58,379 nt of DNA from Bacteroidota bacterium (GTDB taxonomy: Bacteria; Bacteroidota; Ignavibacteria; Ignavibacteriales; Melioribacteraceae). The position numbers were made by a program, and so were the translations under genes. Positions 26,738 to 36,956 of the stretch are shown piece after piece. A model generated the notes under the pieces. It was not told the origin of the DNA. It worked only from the letters and a program-made list of their open reading frames with translations, and ran no database searches. The stretch lies in assembly GCA_039714835.1 (NCBI GenBank), contig JBDLIN010000001.1:1-58379 (forward strand), written 5' to 3'. Each line of letters opens with the position of its first letter. Position 1 is the stretch's first letter.

Positions 26738-28834
26738 TTATCGCAATAACATCATTTTCTTTACACTAGAATTTTGTCCAGTAATAATTTTGTAAAAATA
26801 TATTCCAGAAGCTACATCTTTTCCATACTGATTTTTTCCGTTCCATTCAATTGAATGATTTCCAACAGATTTGAGCTCATTTACTAAAGTAGCAACTTTT
26901 TGGCCAAGCATATTATATACAGTTAGATTTACCATATCTGATTTTATAATTGAATAATTAATAATGGTTGAAGGATTAAATGGATTTGGGTAATTCTGTG
27001 ATAGCTCGAACGAATTTACAATATTTCCTTTATTATCATCAACAGAGGTTGGGATTCCTGGTTTTAACCAGAATAGGGATTCAGTACCGGCCCAAGCAGC
27101 AGTTAAAACTTCACTTCCAGTAAACGCTAATCCCCACATATTACCATGCGGCTGATTAGTTTCCATTACTTGATGAAGAGAATCAGATCCGTCATAGTCA
27201 TAAATCCTAATTAAATTTGAACCTCTATCATTAACCCATAATTGACCATTCACCCATTCCATTCCACCAGAATATGCAATTGGAGTATCTACAAAAGCTG
27301 ATTCCATAGCAACACCGTCTAAATCAAAACGGAATAATTCATAATTCGGTACTCCGTCCAGGTTACCACGGCCAATCCAAACTATATCATTATAAATCGC
27401 TAGTCCTCGTTGACGATTTGTTGCACCACTTGCCCCAACTATATCCGTTGGCCAAAAGTTTACTACTGTACCATTTGTATCTAATTCCCATACCTCACCA
27501 GAACCAGCAGAATGCTGATTAGCGTATATAGTATTATATTTACTCCAAGCAGCACCTTGAGTATTTGATGGTGCGCCTTCTGGATTTGCAAAAGTTTTAA
27601 GTACAGCACCATTCTCTTTATCCAATTTATACCAAGTATTATCTTGTTCATTGACTGACCAAACATAATTACTATCCCAAACCATAGCAACCCATCCCGC
27701 TTGTCCAAGAGGGACTTCATTGATAACATCACCTTGTATAGGTCCACCAGCACGCATTCCTATTATTTTACTACTCACTCCTTCTCTATTTGCATCAGAT
27801 ACTGCAACTAAATAAAAACTATAGTATTCAACCGGTGTCAGATTGCTAACAGTAAATTGTTCACCGGTACTTGAACCTAGTAATACTCCTGTATTTGCAT
27901 CATAAATATTTACACTTTGAGTTGTCCCAGCATTGCCATTAAGATAGAGAGTAGGATTCGTCCAACTCAAGTCAATTGATGTAGGGGTGTTTTCATCACT
28001 AACAGTTGATATGTCAGTTGGTGCTTGTAAATATTCACCATGTCCTTTACCAACATACATTTTGTAAATTATATTTTGGTCCCAACAAACATTAAGGACA
28101 TCATTCCCATCAAACGTAAGGTCATGAGATAATTGTCCCCAAGCACCTGGAATTTGTGAATTTATTTTCTGTAAAAATGTCCCATCCATTGTATAACTTG
28201 TAAAATATAATCTGTCATCATTCATCCATATTTCATCCTCAGCTATACAAAGTTGGTTTAACCAACCTACTTCAGCAACTGAAAAAGAAGAGAGTTGTTC
28301 TCCAGTGGGACTTATTTCATATATCATCCCTGTACCACCATCATTTGTTCCGATCCAAAAATTGGTCCCATCCCAATCTACACCGCGTAAAATCCCACCA
28401 ACTCCCGGATCAACAAAACCAACTGAATCACCTGTTGCTGGGTCCATAGCATATAATCCCGGGTATTCACTACTCCAAGGACATGCCAACCAAAGGTTTG
28501 TACCATCGAAAGTCATTGACCACCCATAATCTGCATGACTTAAAGAAAATGGAACTGGGATAGTATCTAGCGGAGTAAAATCAGTTCCATCCAATTTGTA
28601 AACTGTATGCTCAGCCTCATGATAAATATATGCTACATTACTGACTTTATCGAAAGCCATACCAACGTTCCCATAAGTATATGGATATTTTCCTACTATC
28701 TCTCCATCTGCGAATAAAGAAGAGTTAGCTACTAATAGAATAGAAACCATTAGTAAAGTTAGATTAATAAAATTCTTTTTCATGTTACAACTCCTTTTAA
28801 TTGTTGATAAATTCTGAATGATTTGTTTTTTCAT
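26738..28834 (-). CDS. secreted protein: two beta-propeller-like halves separated by an FN3-like domain, with canonical T9SS C-terminal domain
   Basis: Signal peptide (likely start at Met18, nt 28783). Repeated W/G-rich blade-like segments, FN3-like DLSWTNP...YYSFYLVAV. Tail SQNYPNPFNPST...GIYFYKI...KMMLLR. Confidence 0.6.
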   Translation of the reverse strand: MKKQIIQNLSTIKRSCNMKKNFINLTLLMVSILLVANSSLFADGEIVGKYPYTYGNVGMAFDKVSNVAYIYHEAEHTVYKLDGTDFTPLDTIPVPFSLSHADYGWSMTFDGTNLWLACPWSSEYPGLYAMDPATGDSVGFVDPGVGGILRGVDWDGTNFWIGTNDGGTGMIYEISPTGEQLSSFSVAEVGWLNQLCIAEDEIWMNDDRLYFTSYTMDGTFLQKINSQIPGAWGQLSHDLTFDGNDVLNVCWDQNIIYKMYVGKGHGEYLQAPTDISTVSDENTPTSIDLSWTNPTLYLNGNAGTTQSVNIYDANTGVLLGSSTGEQFTVSNLTPVEYYSFYLVAVSDANREGVSSKIIGMRAGGPIQGDVINEVPLGQAGWVAMVWDSNYVWSVNEQDNTWYKLDKENGAVLKTFANPEGAPSNTQGAAWSKYNTIYANQHSAGSGEVWELDTNGTVVNFWPTDIVGASGATNRQRGLAIYNDIVWIGRGNLDGVPNYELFRFDLDGVAMESAFVDTPIAYSGGMEWVNGQLWVNDRGSNLIRIYDYDGSDSLHQVMETNQPHGNMWGLAFTGSEVLTAAWAGTESLFWLKPGIPTSVDDNKGNIVNSFELSQNYPNPFNPSTIINYSIIKSDMVNLTVYNMLGQKVATLVNELKSVGNHSIEWNGKNQYGKDVASGIYFYKIITGQNSSVKKMMLLR

Positions 28835-28933
28835 AGTTTAGTTCCTTTGAATTATTAATAAATTCTTTATTTTGATTATTAATTATTCATAAAGCAAATT
28901 ATTTTCTTCTTATTGATAAAAACGATTATATTA

Positions 28934-29962
28934 TTATTGTGATATCATAATTCCGAATCTATGTACTCCATCAAATACCCCGAAATCAGAGTAGGAGTAA
29001 TCAAATGCAAATAGTCCTAAACCACCTATAATTATTTTTACTCCTGCACCAGCTGAAAATGAGCTCTCAGAATAGCCTATCCGGTATCCTGAACGAATAC
29101 TGAATTGTTCATCAAACACATATTCAATTCCGATATTAGATTTAAGATTATAATCCACAGCACTAGATAAATCAACTGATGAGAGTAAAGTTGATTTGTC
29201 CGATTTAATAATATCACCTTTGGCCCCAATGATTTCTGCTGATAGTCCCATACGAAATGTAGTAGGCATTGCCCATTCTTCTGTAATAAGTTCAGCAGGA
29301 GCATTAAATAATCCTTGATGATCTGGTTCCGATTGGAATTGCATGTCAATACCAGACATCTTCATTGGTGGGCCAACATTTGAAAGATTCATACCAATAT
29401 TTAATCCATAAATATCTGTATGTAGCAGCAACCCGAAGTCAGCAGCAAAAGATGACGCACTGTTTCTGGAAATACTCTCTCTTAAATATTTGAGGTTTAA
29501 TCCAACTAATAATCGATCAGTCATTTTCTTCGCTACTGATACTCCTAATGACATATTAGAAACTTCGTAAAACTGACCTGTCCCGTCCCATTGCGATTCA
29601 GTTGTAATCTCAATGTCACCGGATGTGAGATATATAGCGTTCAATCCAATAGTTAAATCAGAACCTAAAGGAATCGATAATCCACCAAAATTATGAACAA
29701 TACCAGCATAAAGTTGAAGGTGTTCAATTTGTGCAGATATACTATTGTAATTAGCCAATCCTGCCGGATTCCAATACATTGAAGTCAGATCATTTGAAAT
29801 ACTAACAAAAGCACCACCAAGAGCGGATGCTCGTGCACCAACTTCTATTTTCATAAAATTCGCTGCACTTGTTCCAACTTTTGTTTCACCAGCCTTAATT
29901 TGAGGATTGATCAAAAAAGCTAATATCAAAGTACATATCAAATATTTATGTTTCATATTCAT
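28934..29962 (-). CDS. PorV/PorQ-family (FadL-like) outer-membrane beta-barrel protein, copy 1
   Basis: Signal peptide. N-terminal GTSAANFMKIEVGARASALGGAF...MYWNPAGLA signature. Alternating beta-strand pattern with an aromatic C-terminus. Paralog of 49296..50330. Confidence 0.7.
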   Translation of the reverse strand: MNMKHKYLICTLILAFLINPQIKAGETKVGTSAANFMKIEVGARASALGGAFVSISNDLTSMYWNPAGLANYNSISAQIEHLQLYAGIVHNFGGLSIPLGSDLTIGLNAIYLTSGDIEITTESQWDGTGQFYEVSNMSLGVSVAKKMTDRLLVGLNLKYLRESISRNSASSFAADFGLLLHTDIYGLNIGMNLSNVGPPMKMSGIDMQFQSEPDHQGLFNAPAELITEEWAMPTTFRMGLSAEIIGAKGDIIKSDKSTLLSSVDLSSAVDYNLKSNIGIEYVFDEQFSIRSGYRIGYSESSFSAGAGVKIIIGGLGLFAFDYSYSDFGVFDGVHRFGIMISQ

Positions 29963-30028
29963 AACTCTCTTTACTATGAAAAGTTTTCATAATGCATTTA
30001 TTTAAGTCAATTTAATTTGTTGTATTCC

Positions 30029-33000
30029 TTACCGTATAAGTGAAAATTTACCAACATAATCTCCCCACTCACTTTCTACTCTATATATATATAATCCATA
30101 AGCAACTTCCATGTTTTCTTTTGTCCTTAGATCCCAAGATGTATGTCCTACCGTAGAATTATCATGATAAATGTCAATTATATGCTCTGCAGAAAGTGTA
30201 AAAATTGATATTTTACATTTAGGAGGAAGATTTGTAAATAATATTTTCTTTGAAATTTCATCTCTTTCCCAAGATGCTCGAACATAGTATGGATTAGGAA
30301 CAACTTTTACCTTACTTACATCAATCTGCGATTCCTTTATTTGTGTAGGTTCTGTATTTATTATATATTCATCCTCAACGGTTAAATAATGATGAGATTT
30401 AATAATTATTTTATCAACATTTGGTATCGCCCAATTTTCATTCCCAAGTGAATCACTAGCTCCCTTTATTTTCAGAATAGCGGACCAATCTAAAGGCCAA
30501 TCACCAGGTGTGTTAGGAACATTTGTATCTGGCCACATACCTGTTTCACCTGTTCCTGCAGAATCTTCAATAGAAAATGGAATCTCCATGATGTACATTT
30601 CATCCTCAGATTGAAATGTATTGTTTTTGGGTCTCTTATCATCCATCATCCAATGTAGTTGAAAAATATTTGATGGATCAGAAATATTCCATACCTCAAT
30701 CGGCGACCAGTAATTATAAGGTCGGGCTCCGAATCTTCCTGCCCAAGTCATATTTTCATTATATGCAAAAGACAATTGAATAGAATCTAAAAATCGTATT
30801 TCATAATCATTACCTTTATAATAGCTCACTGGACTTTCATCCGTAACTGAAACAACAATTCTACCGTTTCCATCTGAATTAGTTGCGCTATTTAAATCAG
30901 TTCCATCTTGATCTTCAATACTAATTATACCTTGAGGAGTATCTTGCAAGAAAAATTGGATTCCATCTATAATCGGAAAAACTTCCTCCGATGTTCTGTC
31001 AGAATTAGGCATCAGTACTTCATCAACAATTATATTACCGGATGTAACATTTGTTATTGTAACCCTAGTTGAATCCTGACTTGAGGGATCATTTGTAGAA
31101 AAAGTAAATTTATATTGATTCCCTTTTACTAGAAACGGGTCTATAATAGTCATATTTACTATTGCATCAGAATGACCGGATGTATGCTCTATTGAACTTT
31201 CGACTGGAATAATCCCGTTAGGTGGTGTCCCTACAATTACATCTACAGTATTGATGGAAGATGGAGAACTACCCATTGCTGATTCTAATGGGACTATTTT
31301 CCCAACACCAGCATCATATGAGGTTATTGTGTATCTATATCGTAAACCTGGAATTACTGTGGAATCTACCCAACTATGCTTTAATCCTGTATCATCTCCT
31401 AAATAAAAAGTAGGATCTATTTCGCTTCTTCCTTTTACGCCATTGTTCTTATCAAGTTGTTCAATAGGAAGCCATTTAACAAATGTTCCAGTCTCGTCTG
31501 TAACGAAAGCTTCATCGTTTCCTGCTGTTCCCCAAGTTTGACCAAGATTAACACTTCTATAAATTTTGTATCCTTCAAAATCAGCATCTCCTGTAATGGG
31601 ATCGCGTGCATCTTCAGGCAAATCATCCCAATAAAGTGTAACCTTAGAGTCATTTGAATATACTATTGGAACATCAAATGAACGCAATGGGTCTCCTTCT
31701 TCTGTTAATTTAGTTCCGGTTGCATGTAATGTTGGAGAAGGAGGAGCTTGTGGCCCAATAAAATTATTATCAACCATTCCTTGAGCTAACTCTAACTTTT
31801 CAATTATTTCTTCATCAGTATATCCTACAATTACAACCATTGCCCACTCTAAAGTATCTCCAGGTTCAAGCCGTAATGGACCAATTCCCAATTCCGATGT
31901 TAAATTAACCTCATCCGTTATTAACTCGGGTTCATCAAATCCATCATTATCAATATCATGATCCCAATCTTCTTTTTCACGAGCTCCTTGCAAGATAGTT
32001 TCATCACCACTAATAGTATAGAACATCCTTCTATCATTAATTTCGTAATCTCTCCATGTCAAATAATAATCAAACCAATGCCATTGGGTAATATCCCAAG
32101 CTTTTCCTGTTCTATCAATAGGTTTTTTGACAAGAGCCCACCCTAGACGTGGAACTTCTCCTGTATATACTTCATGTGTATGAAAATCATCTTCATCATA
32201 GGTAATCAATAGATTTTTTTCACGAATAAACTTTGCGCGATCATAAAATAAACCATCATCACCTGTTCCAATCCATTGCATCCCCCCACCCTCATGTATA
32301 TAATACATAGGAGCGCCTGTCTCTAAAAAAAGTCCCGTATATAAACTATCTACTGCACTTAGCTCAATTTCACCATCATAGTCTGGATCTCCGGTGAATG
32401 AGAGTTTAAAATTCCAAAACATAAAATCTTTTGCATATGATCTTGCAAATGAATACGCTTGTATTTCGTATTCTAATCCAATTGGCGCACCAGATTCCTC
32501 AGGTCCACCAGGATTTAAACCATGATATTTGTCATTAATTCTAAAGAATACTTCTTCATCAGCAGCAAACTGTCCTGGTATTTCTTTGCCTGTTTCTGGA
32601 TCAATTGCCCAATGACCTGGCCAATGTCTTTCTCCAGGCGTACTCACCCAATTTCCATTTTCATCGGTATATCCTTTCGGCCAAGTTTTGGGATTTGTAC
32701 TAGTAGCTAAGATTGCTTTCCCATTATTTGCAAAAACTTCTCCACTAAATTCTTGACCACGAGCTCCGTCTGCAGCTTCCCAATCAGTGAACTGATAATT
32801 CCATGTTGGTACATCAGTCATAAATGCATAGTTATAAGTCTTGCCTTTGCCTGCAATTGATAATGAATCTATAGCCGGTTTTCCTTCCAAGTCCTTTGGT
32901 CCGCCAGGAGGATATGCACAATTTATTGTACTAAATTCTGATAGGGTTAATCTTAAAGGCATATATGTATAGATGGGTGGCTGACGCCATCCTCCAATAC

Positions 33001-33247
33001 TACCATAATTTTCGATCCCGCCAACATGAATATTACCTACACTCAAAAATGCTGTGCCTCTATCTCCAAAAGCATTTGGTTTATATAAAGGTTTAAGATA
33101 ATTTTGAGGGATACCGCTTCCTCCAGATCCTGTATCAACAACACTGTATGTTGTCTCTGAATTGGATTGTCCCAACATTGTACTAAAGATGCTGAAAATC
33201 AATATTATTAAAAGTTTGTTTTTATAAATCACTTTTATTCCTCGCAT
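30029..33247 (-). CDS. 1072-aa secreted protein of unknown function with FN3-like domain and divergent T9SS-like C-terminal domain, copy 1
   Basis: Start chosen at the ATG 1 nt after the receptor stop (MRGIKV...); the ORF track extends to 33271. Signal peptide, VTLYWDDLPEDARDP...FEGYKIYRS. Tail VVPNPYYV...LYIYRVE...KFSLIR. Paralog of 50379..54005. Confidence 0.75.
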   Translation of the reverse strand: MRGIKVIYKNKLLIILIFSIFSTMLGQSNSETTYSVVDTGSGGSGIPQNYLKPLYKPNAFGDRGTAFLSVGNIHVGGIENYGSIGGWRQPPIYTYMPLRLTLSEFSTINCAYPPGGPKDLEGKPAIDSLSIAGKGKTYNYAFMTDVPTWNYQFTDWEAADGARGQEFSGEVFANNGKAILATSTNPKTWPKGYTDENGNWVSTPGERHWPGHWAIDPETGKEIPGQFAADEEVFFRINDKYHGLNPGGPEESGAPIGLEYEIQAYSFARSYAKDFMFWNFKLSFTGDPDYDGEIELSAVDSLYTGLFLETGAPMYYIHEGGGMQWIGTGDDGLFYDRAKFIREKNLLITYDEDDFHTHEVYTGEVPRLGWALVKKPIDRTGKAWDITQWHWFDYYLTWRDYEINDRRMFYTISGDETILQGAREKEDWDHDIDNDGFDEPELITDEVNLTSELGIGPLRLEPGDTLEWAMVVIVGYTDEEIIEKLELAQGMVDNNFIGPQAPPSPTLHATGTKLTEEGDPLRSFDVPIVYSNDSKVTLYWDDLPEDARDPITGDADFEGYKIYRSVNLGQTWGTAGNDEAFVTDETGTFVKWLPIEQLDKNNGVKGRSEIDPTFYLGDDTGLKHSWVDSTVIPGLRYRYTITSYDAGVGKIVPLESAMGSSPSSINTVDVIVGTPPNGIIPVESSIEHTSGHSDAIVNMTIIDPFLVKGNQYKFTFSTNDPSSQDSTRVTITNVTSGNIIVDEVLMPNSDRTSEEVFPIIDGIQFFLQDTPQGIISIEDQDGTDLNSATNSDGNGRIVVSVTDESPVSYYKGNDYEIRFLDSIQLSFAYNENMTWAGRFGARPYNYWSPIEVWNISDPSNIFQLHWMMDDKRPKNNTFQSEDEMYIMEIPFSIEDSAGTGETGMWPDTNVPNTPGDWPLDWSAILKIKGASDSLGNENWAIPNVDKIIIKSHHYLTVEDEYIINTEPTQIKESQIDVSKVKVVPNPYYVRASWERDEISKKILFTNLPPKCKISIFTLSAEHIIDIYHDNSTVGHTSWDLRTKENMEVAYGLYIYRVESEWGDYVGKFSLIR

Positions 33248-33248
33248 A

Positions 33249-35969
33249 TTATCTTTGAGTAAAATTAGCACTAATCCCTAATCGAATTTGACGGCTTGGG
33301 CTGTAATAAATTGGACGATCTCTATATGTTGTAGTACCTCCCCAGAGATTTCCAGGATCTTTTGCTGATCCTGTTTCTGGATAGAAGAACACAACATTTC
33401 GTATGTCAAGTAAATTGGTTACTTCGAGGTAAGGCGAAATACTGAATGATGAAAAAGTTATAGTCTTTACAATTCTTAGATCAATATTATTCATCCATGG
33501 CCGTTGGAATGCATTAACTTCACCAATTTGTTCCCCGTATATAGTTGTAGATGTATAAGGATACCCACTATTACCACTATACAACAACGATAAGCGTAAA
33601 TCTCTTAATATTGAGCTTTGCATATCCCTCGGGAATCTGACGAATAAATTAAAGCGGATTATATGTGGCTGATTCCAACTGAGTATTCTCTCTTTCGCAG
33701 GTAGAGTTGCTGGAGAAGTAAAACTTCTAAATCCTTGAAATTGATCTTCTCTTATTCCAGTTGCTAATCCATATGAATAATTAAATTCGAAACTAATGTA
33801 ATTCGAATATCTTTTTTTAAGTGAAAAGTCAATTCCTTGAGCACTGGAATAATCTAAATTATCAAACACTGAGTAGTGTGTATTCGTGTGAGTGGTGTCA
33901 GAAAATTGCGGAACAAAAACTGTTCCTACCATATTTACTGTTTTCTTCAACCATAAGTTTACTTCAAAAAACATGTCTTCACTTAACATTTGTTTCAATC
34001 CAATTTCATAGGCAGTAGTTTCTTCAGGTTCCAATAAAGGATTTCCAAGCATTGGCCATATTTGTTTCATTACTTGCTCTCGGTTTGGTTGGAAAAACCG
34101 ATTTGCATATGAAGCATTTTGATAAAATATACCATAGTTAAAGTGAAACACCGTTGCTACTGAAATCGGAATTGATACACCTAATCTGGGGGCGAGATTC
34201 AAATGTGGTTTAACTTTTTCCTCACCAGATTTCCATTGAGTAGGATCTTTCCAAAAAGAACCTTCTGATTTTTCATAATCAAGTCTCAATCCCGCATTTA
34301 CAATCAAGTAGTCATATTCCATTTTATCTTGAATATAAAATGCAGCTTGCTTTGGTGTTTTTTGATAAATATTAAGATTATGCGAACCACCCACATGAAC
34401 CTGACTCTGTTCATTTACATCAAAATCAAATAATTTTAACTCAGCACCTGCTTTGAGAAGATGTTTCTGTGAAACTTGAGAAGTGATGTCAAATTTCATG
34501 TTATATACTGTCTGATATTCATCAGTCCAGTATTCATCATCCCCGACAGAAAATTCAGAATAGAACGGATCTCTTGGTTCAGGTGATTTATAATAATAAT
34601 CAATTAAGGTACTATCTACATCTTCAGAATTTATCGGTGCAGGTATTAACTCAACTCTTTCTCCGTCAATTGTTCTGTAAACACGCTGTTTACGATATTT
34701 ACTTAACATAGAAACACCAAAAGTGTAATAAGTATTTGTACTAAGCACATGATTTAATAATGCGGAAAGATTAAGTACTTTATGAACATTCTCATTTCGG
34801 CTATCCATATTATATTGATACCAGAAATTATAGAGCTTATAATCCCATATCATTCCAGCACCTGTAAGATTCAATTTAATCTGAGATGAAAATGGTATTG
34901 ACAACTTGGCCATAAAATCTTTCTGATTATTATAACCAAAATTTTGCCAGCTACTTTTAGTGTCATAAGGATGTACATTTCTAGGTTTCCCATAACCTGA
35001 ATAGGTTTTATTCGAACTGTTAGAATTGTATACTATATTATCAAATTCGTAAACCTGATCTGCTGACTCCTTTATGCGGAATGTTGAAAAAAATGTTACT
35101 CCTCCAAAAATTGGTCCGCTAATTGCTCCCATTAAGCTATGGAGATTCCACAATTGATCAGACTTTGTACCTAACTTTGTTGTTTTATAATCAGCATTAA
35201 TATTCCACTTATCAGTTCCCTCCTTCGTTACAATATTTACCATTCCTGACATTGCATTACCGTATTCTGCGTTGAATGAACCAGCTAGAATCTGCATTTC
35301 TTGTACAGATTCTTTATTCATTCTCAATCCAAGTTCTCCATATAATGGATTTGAAATAGACATCCCATCAAGAGTATATTGTGTTTCTGAAACTCTACCT
35401 CCCCTAATATGAACTTGTGGAACTCCTAAATCAGACATTCCGGGAATTCCAATATTAGTACCTTCAACGGTTGTAGGAATATTGACAACGTTTGATTCCA
35501 TAGTCAACACTTGTGATATATCATCAATAGGAGCTTCTGCAATCAGTTCAGCATTAATAATTGAAGCCTTACCTGTTTTATCCTTTTGAATTAATGGTCG
35601 TTCTCCTTTTATAACTACTAATTCCCCTTCTATAACTGTTGTTTCTAATTCGACATTTACTTCAGTTGTCATATCAGATTCGACTTGGATACCTTCAATT
35701 TTTATTTTTTTATATCCCATCATCGAAATAATTAGATTATAACGTCTTGGAGAAACATTTAAGATAAGATATCTTCCATCAACATCTGTAGCAGCTCCAA
35801 TATTAGTACCCTCAAGCATAATATTAGCACCAACTAATGATTCTTTTGTTTCTTTATCAACTATAACTCCAGTAATTTTTCCTGTTGTTCCAGCGAATAA
35901 AGTACTTTCGAATATTAATATCATAAATAATAAAAAGTAACGATACATTAGAAAGTCATAAACCTTCAT
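33249..35969 (-). CDS. TonB-dependent outer-membrane receptor with N-terminal CarboxypepD_reg-like domain, copy 1
   Basis: Signal peptide, GKITGVIVDKETKESLVGANI...TDVDGRY (carboxypeptidase-regulatory-like fold), plug region, long barrel ending in an aromatic-rich C-terminus (RLGISANF). Confidence 0.85.
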   Translation of the reverse strand: MKVYDFLMYRYFLLFMILIFESTLFAGTTGKITGVIVDKETKESLVGANIMLEGTNIGAATDVDGRYLILNVSPRRYNLIISMMGYKKIKIEGIQVESDMTTEVNVELETTVIEGELVVIKGERPLIQKDKTGKASIINAELIAEAPIDDISQVLTMESNVVNIPTTVEGTNIGIPGMSDLGVPQVHIRGGRVSETQYTLDGMSISNPLYGELGLRMNKESVQEMQILAGSFNAEYGNAMSGMVNIVTKEGTDKWNINADYKTTKLGTKSDQLWNLHSLMGAISGPIFGGVTFFSTFRIKESADQVYEFDNIVYNSNSSNKTYSGYGKPRNVHPYDTKSSWQNFGYNNQKDFMAKLSIPFSSQIKLNLTGAGMIWDYKLYNFWYQYNMDSRNENVHKVLNLSALLNHVLSTNTYYTFGVSMLSKYRKQRVYRTIDGERVELIPAPINSEDVDSTLIDYYYKSPEPRDPFYSEFSVGDDEYWTDEYQTVYNMKFDITSQVSQKHLLKAGAELKLFDFDVNEQSQVHVGGSHNLNIYQKTPKQAAFYIQDKMEYDYLIVNAGLRLDYEKSEGSFWKDPTQWKSGEEKVKPHLNLAPRLGVSIPISVATVFHFNYGIFYQNASYANRFFQPNREQVMKQIWPMLGNPLLEPEETTAYEIGLKQMLSEDMFFEVNLWLKKTVNMVGTVFVPQFSDTTHTNTHYSVFDNLDYSSAQGIDFSLKKRYSNYISFEFNYSYGLATGIREDQFQGFRSFTSPATLPAKERILSWNQPHIIRFNLFVRFPRDMQSSILRDLRLSLLYSGNSGYPYTSTTIYGEQIGEVNAFQRPWMNNIDLRIVKTITFSSFSISPYLEVTNLLDIRNVVFFYPETGSAKDPGNLWGGTTTYRDRPIYYSPSRQIRLGISANFTQR

Positions 35970-35989
35970 TCTTACTCCAGTTTTATTCT

Positions 35990-36859
35990 TTATTCATCAT
36001 AGTATATTCTTGCTTCTTCCCACTGCTGCTTAACTATTTTTAATTGCTCTATTGCTTCCTCACCTTTCATTTCAGCACAACAAGCAAGTATGGCCATCGA
36101 AATACTCATTGCCCCAATAAATGGGCTGAAATAAGAGTTGCTTGATGAAGCAGTCAATAGCGAGATATCACTATATTTATATAAAGGTGATAATTCACTA
36201 TCTGTTATTGAAATTGTTTTTATTCCTTCTTCCTGTGCAGATTTAACAGCATTAACGGTCTGTCTTATACATTTTCCAAAACTAATTCCAATTACGACAT
36301 CATCTTTTTCAAAATGCCGCATATAGTCAAAAAGATATCCACTTCCATAAATCACTTCTTGAACATTTGGAATGTATGTTCTTAATTCAGCAGCTAGAAA
36401 TACAGCAATAGAACGTGCTGCTTCCAATCCAACTATATAAGTTCTTTTTGATTTTATAATTATATTAACAACATCTACAATTTCAGACCATGAGATTTTA
36501 GCAACTGTTCTATTTAAAACATCTAAATCAGTTAAAAGAGAAGCTTTAATAGTATCTTCAAGAGGTGATTTTTTTTTAAGAGAACCCTCTGCTTCAAGTT
36601 TATCTAACATACTCTCATATCCGGTAGCCTTTTTTTGCCGATATACCACTCTTTGATGCTTTTTTAAGTCATTGAATCCATCATATCCTAATTCTTTACA
36701 AGCTTTAATAATTGTAGCAGGATTAATTTTTAAGATTTCGGAAAGTTCACGTATAGTTAGAAGAGCAATGTCATCGGGATGATCTGTTATATATTTTATA
36801 ACTTCTCTTTGTCTTTTAGGTATAGAATCAAGATTCTCCATAATAATATCCTTAAACAC
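35990..36859 (-). CDS. MurR/RpiR-family transcriptional regulator (HTH + SIS domain)
   Basis: N-terminal HTH_6-type region (QREVIKYITDHPDDIALLTIRELSEILKINPATIIKACKELGYDGF). C-terminal SIS phosphosugar-binding domain. Confidence 0.85.
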   Translation of the reverse strand: MFKDIIMENLDSIPKRQREVIKYITDHPDDIALLTIRELSEILKINPATIIKACKELGYDGFNDLKKHQRVVYRQKKATGYESMLDKLEAEGSLKKKSPLEDTIKASLLTDLDVLNRTVAKISWSEIVDVVNIIIKSKRTYIVGLEAARSIAVFLAAELRTYIPNVQEVIYGSGYLFDYMRHFEKDDVVIGISFGKCIRQTVNAVKSAQEEGIKTISITDSELSPLYKYSDISLLTASSSNSYFSPFIGAMSISMAILACCAEMKGEEAIEQLKIVKQQWEEARIYYDE

Positions 36860-36917
36860 TTTTTGTTTTCTATTATGATAATATTAAAATATACTGTTTA
36901 AGTCAAGATATTTTTGC

Positions 36918-36956
36918 AATATTTGTTATATTTTTTATTTTATTGTAACAAATATT
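36918..36956. promoter_or_regulatory. perfect 11-bp inverted repeat AATATTTGTTA-N17-TAACAAATATT upstream of the RpiR gene (candidate operator)
   Basis: Arms at 36918..36928 and 36946..36956, 59-97 nt upstream of the ATG at 36859. Confidence 0.4.

Noticed and set aside
29976-29990. Palindrome ATGAAAA-G-TTTTCAT between giant protein 1 and the PorV-like gene 1.
   Set aside because: It is AT-only and short, and the equivalent spacer of the second triad (50331..50378) has no counterpart.
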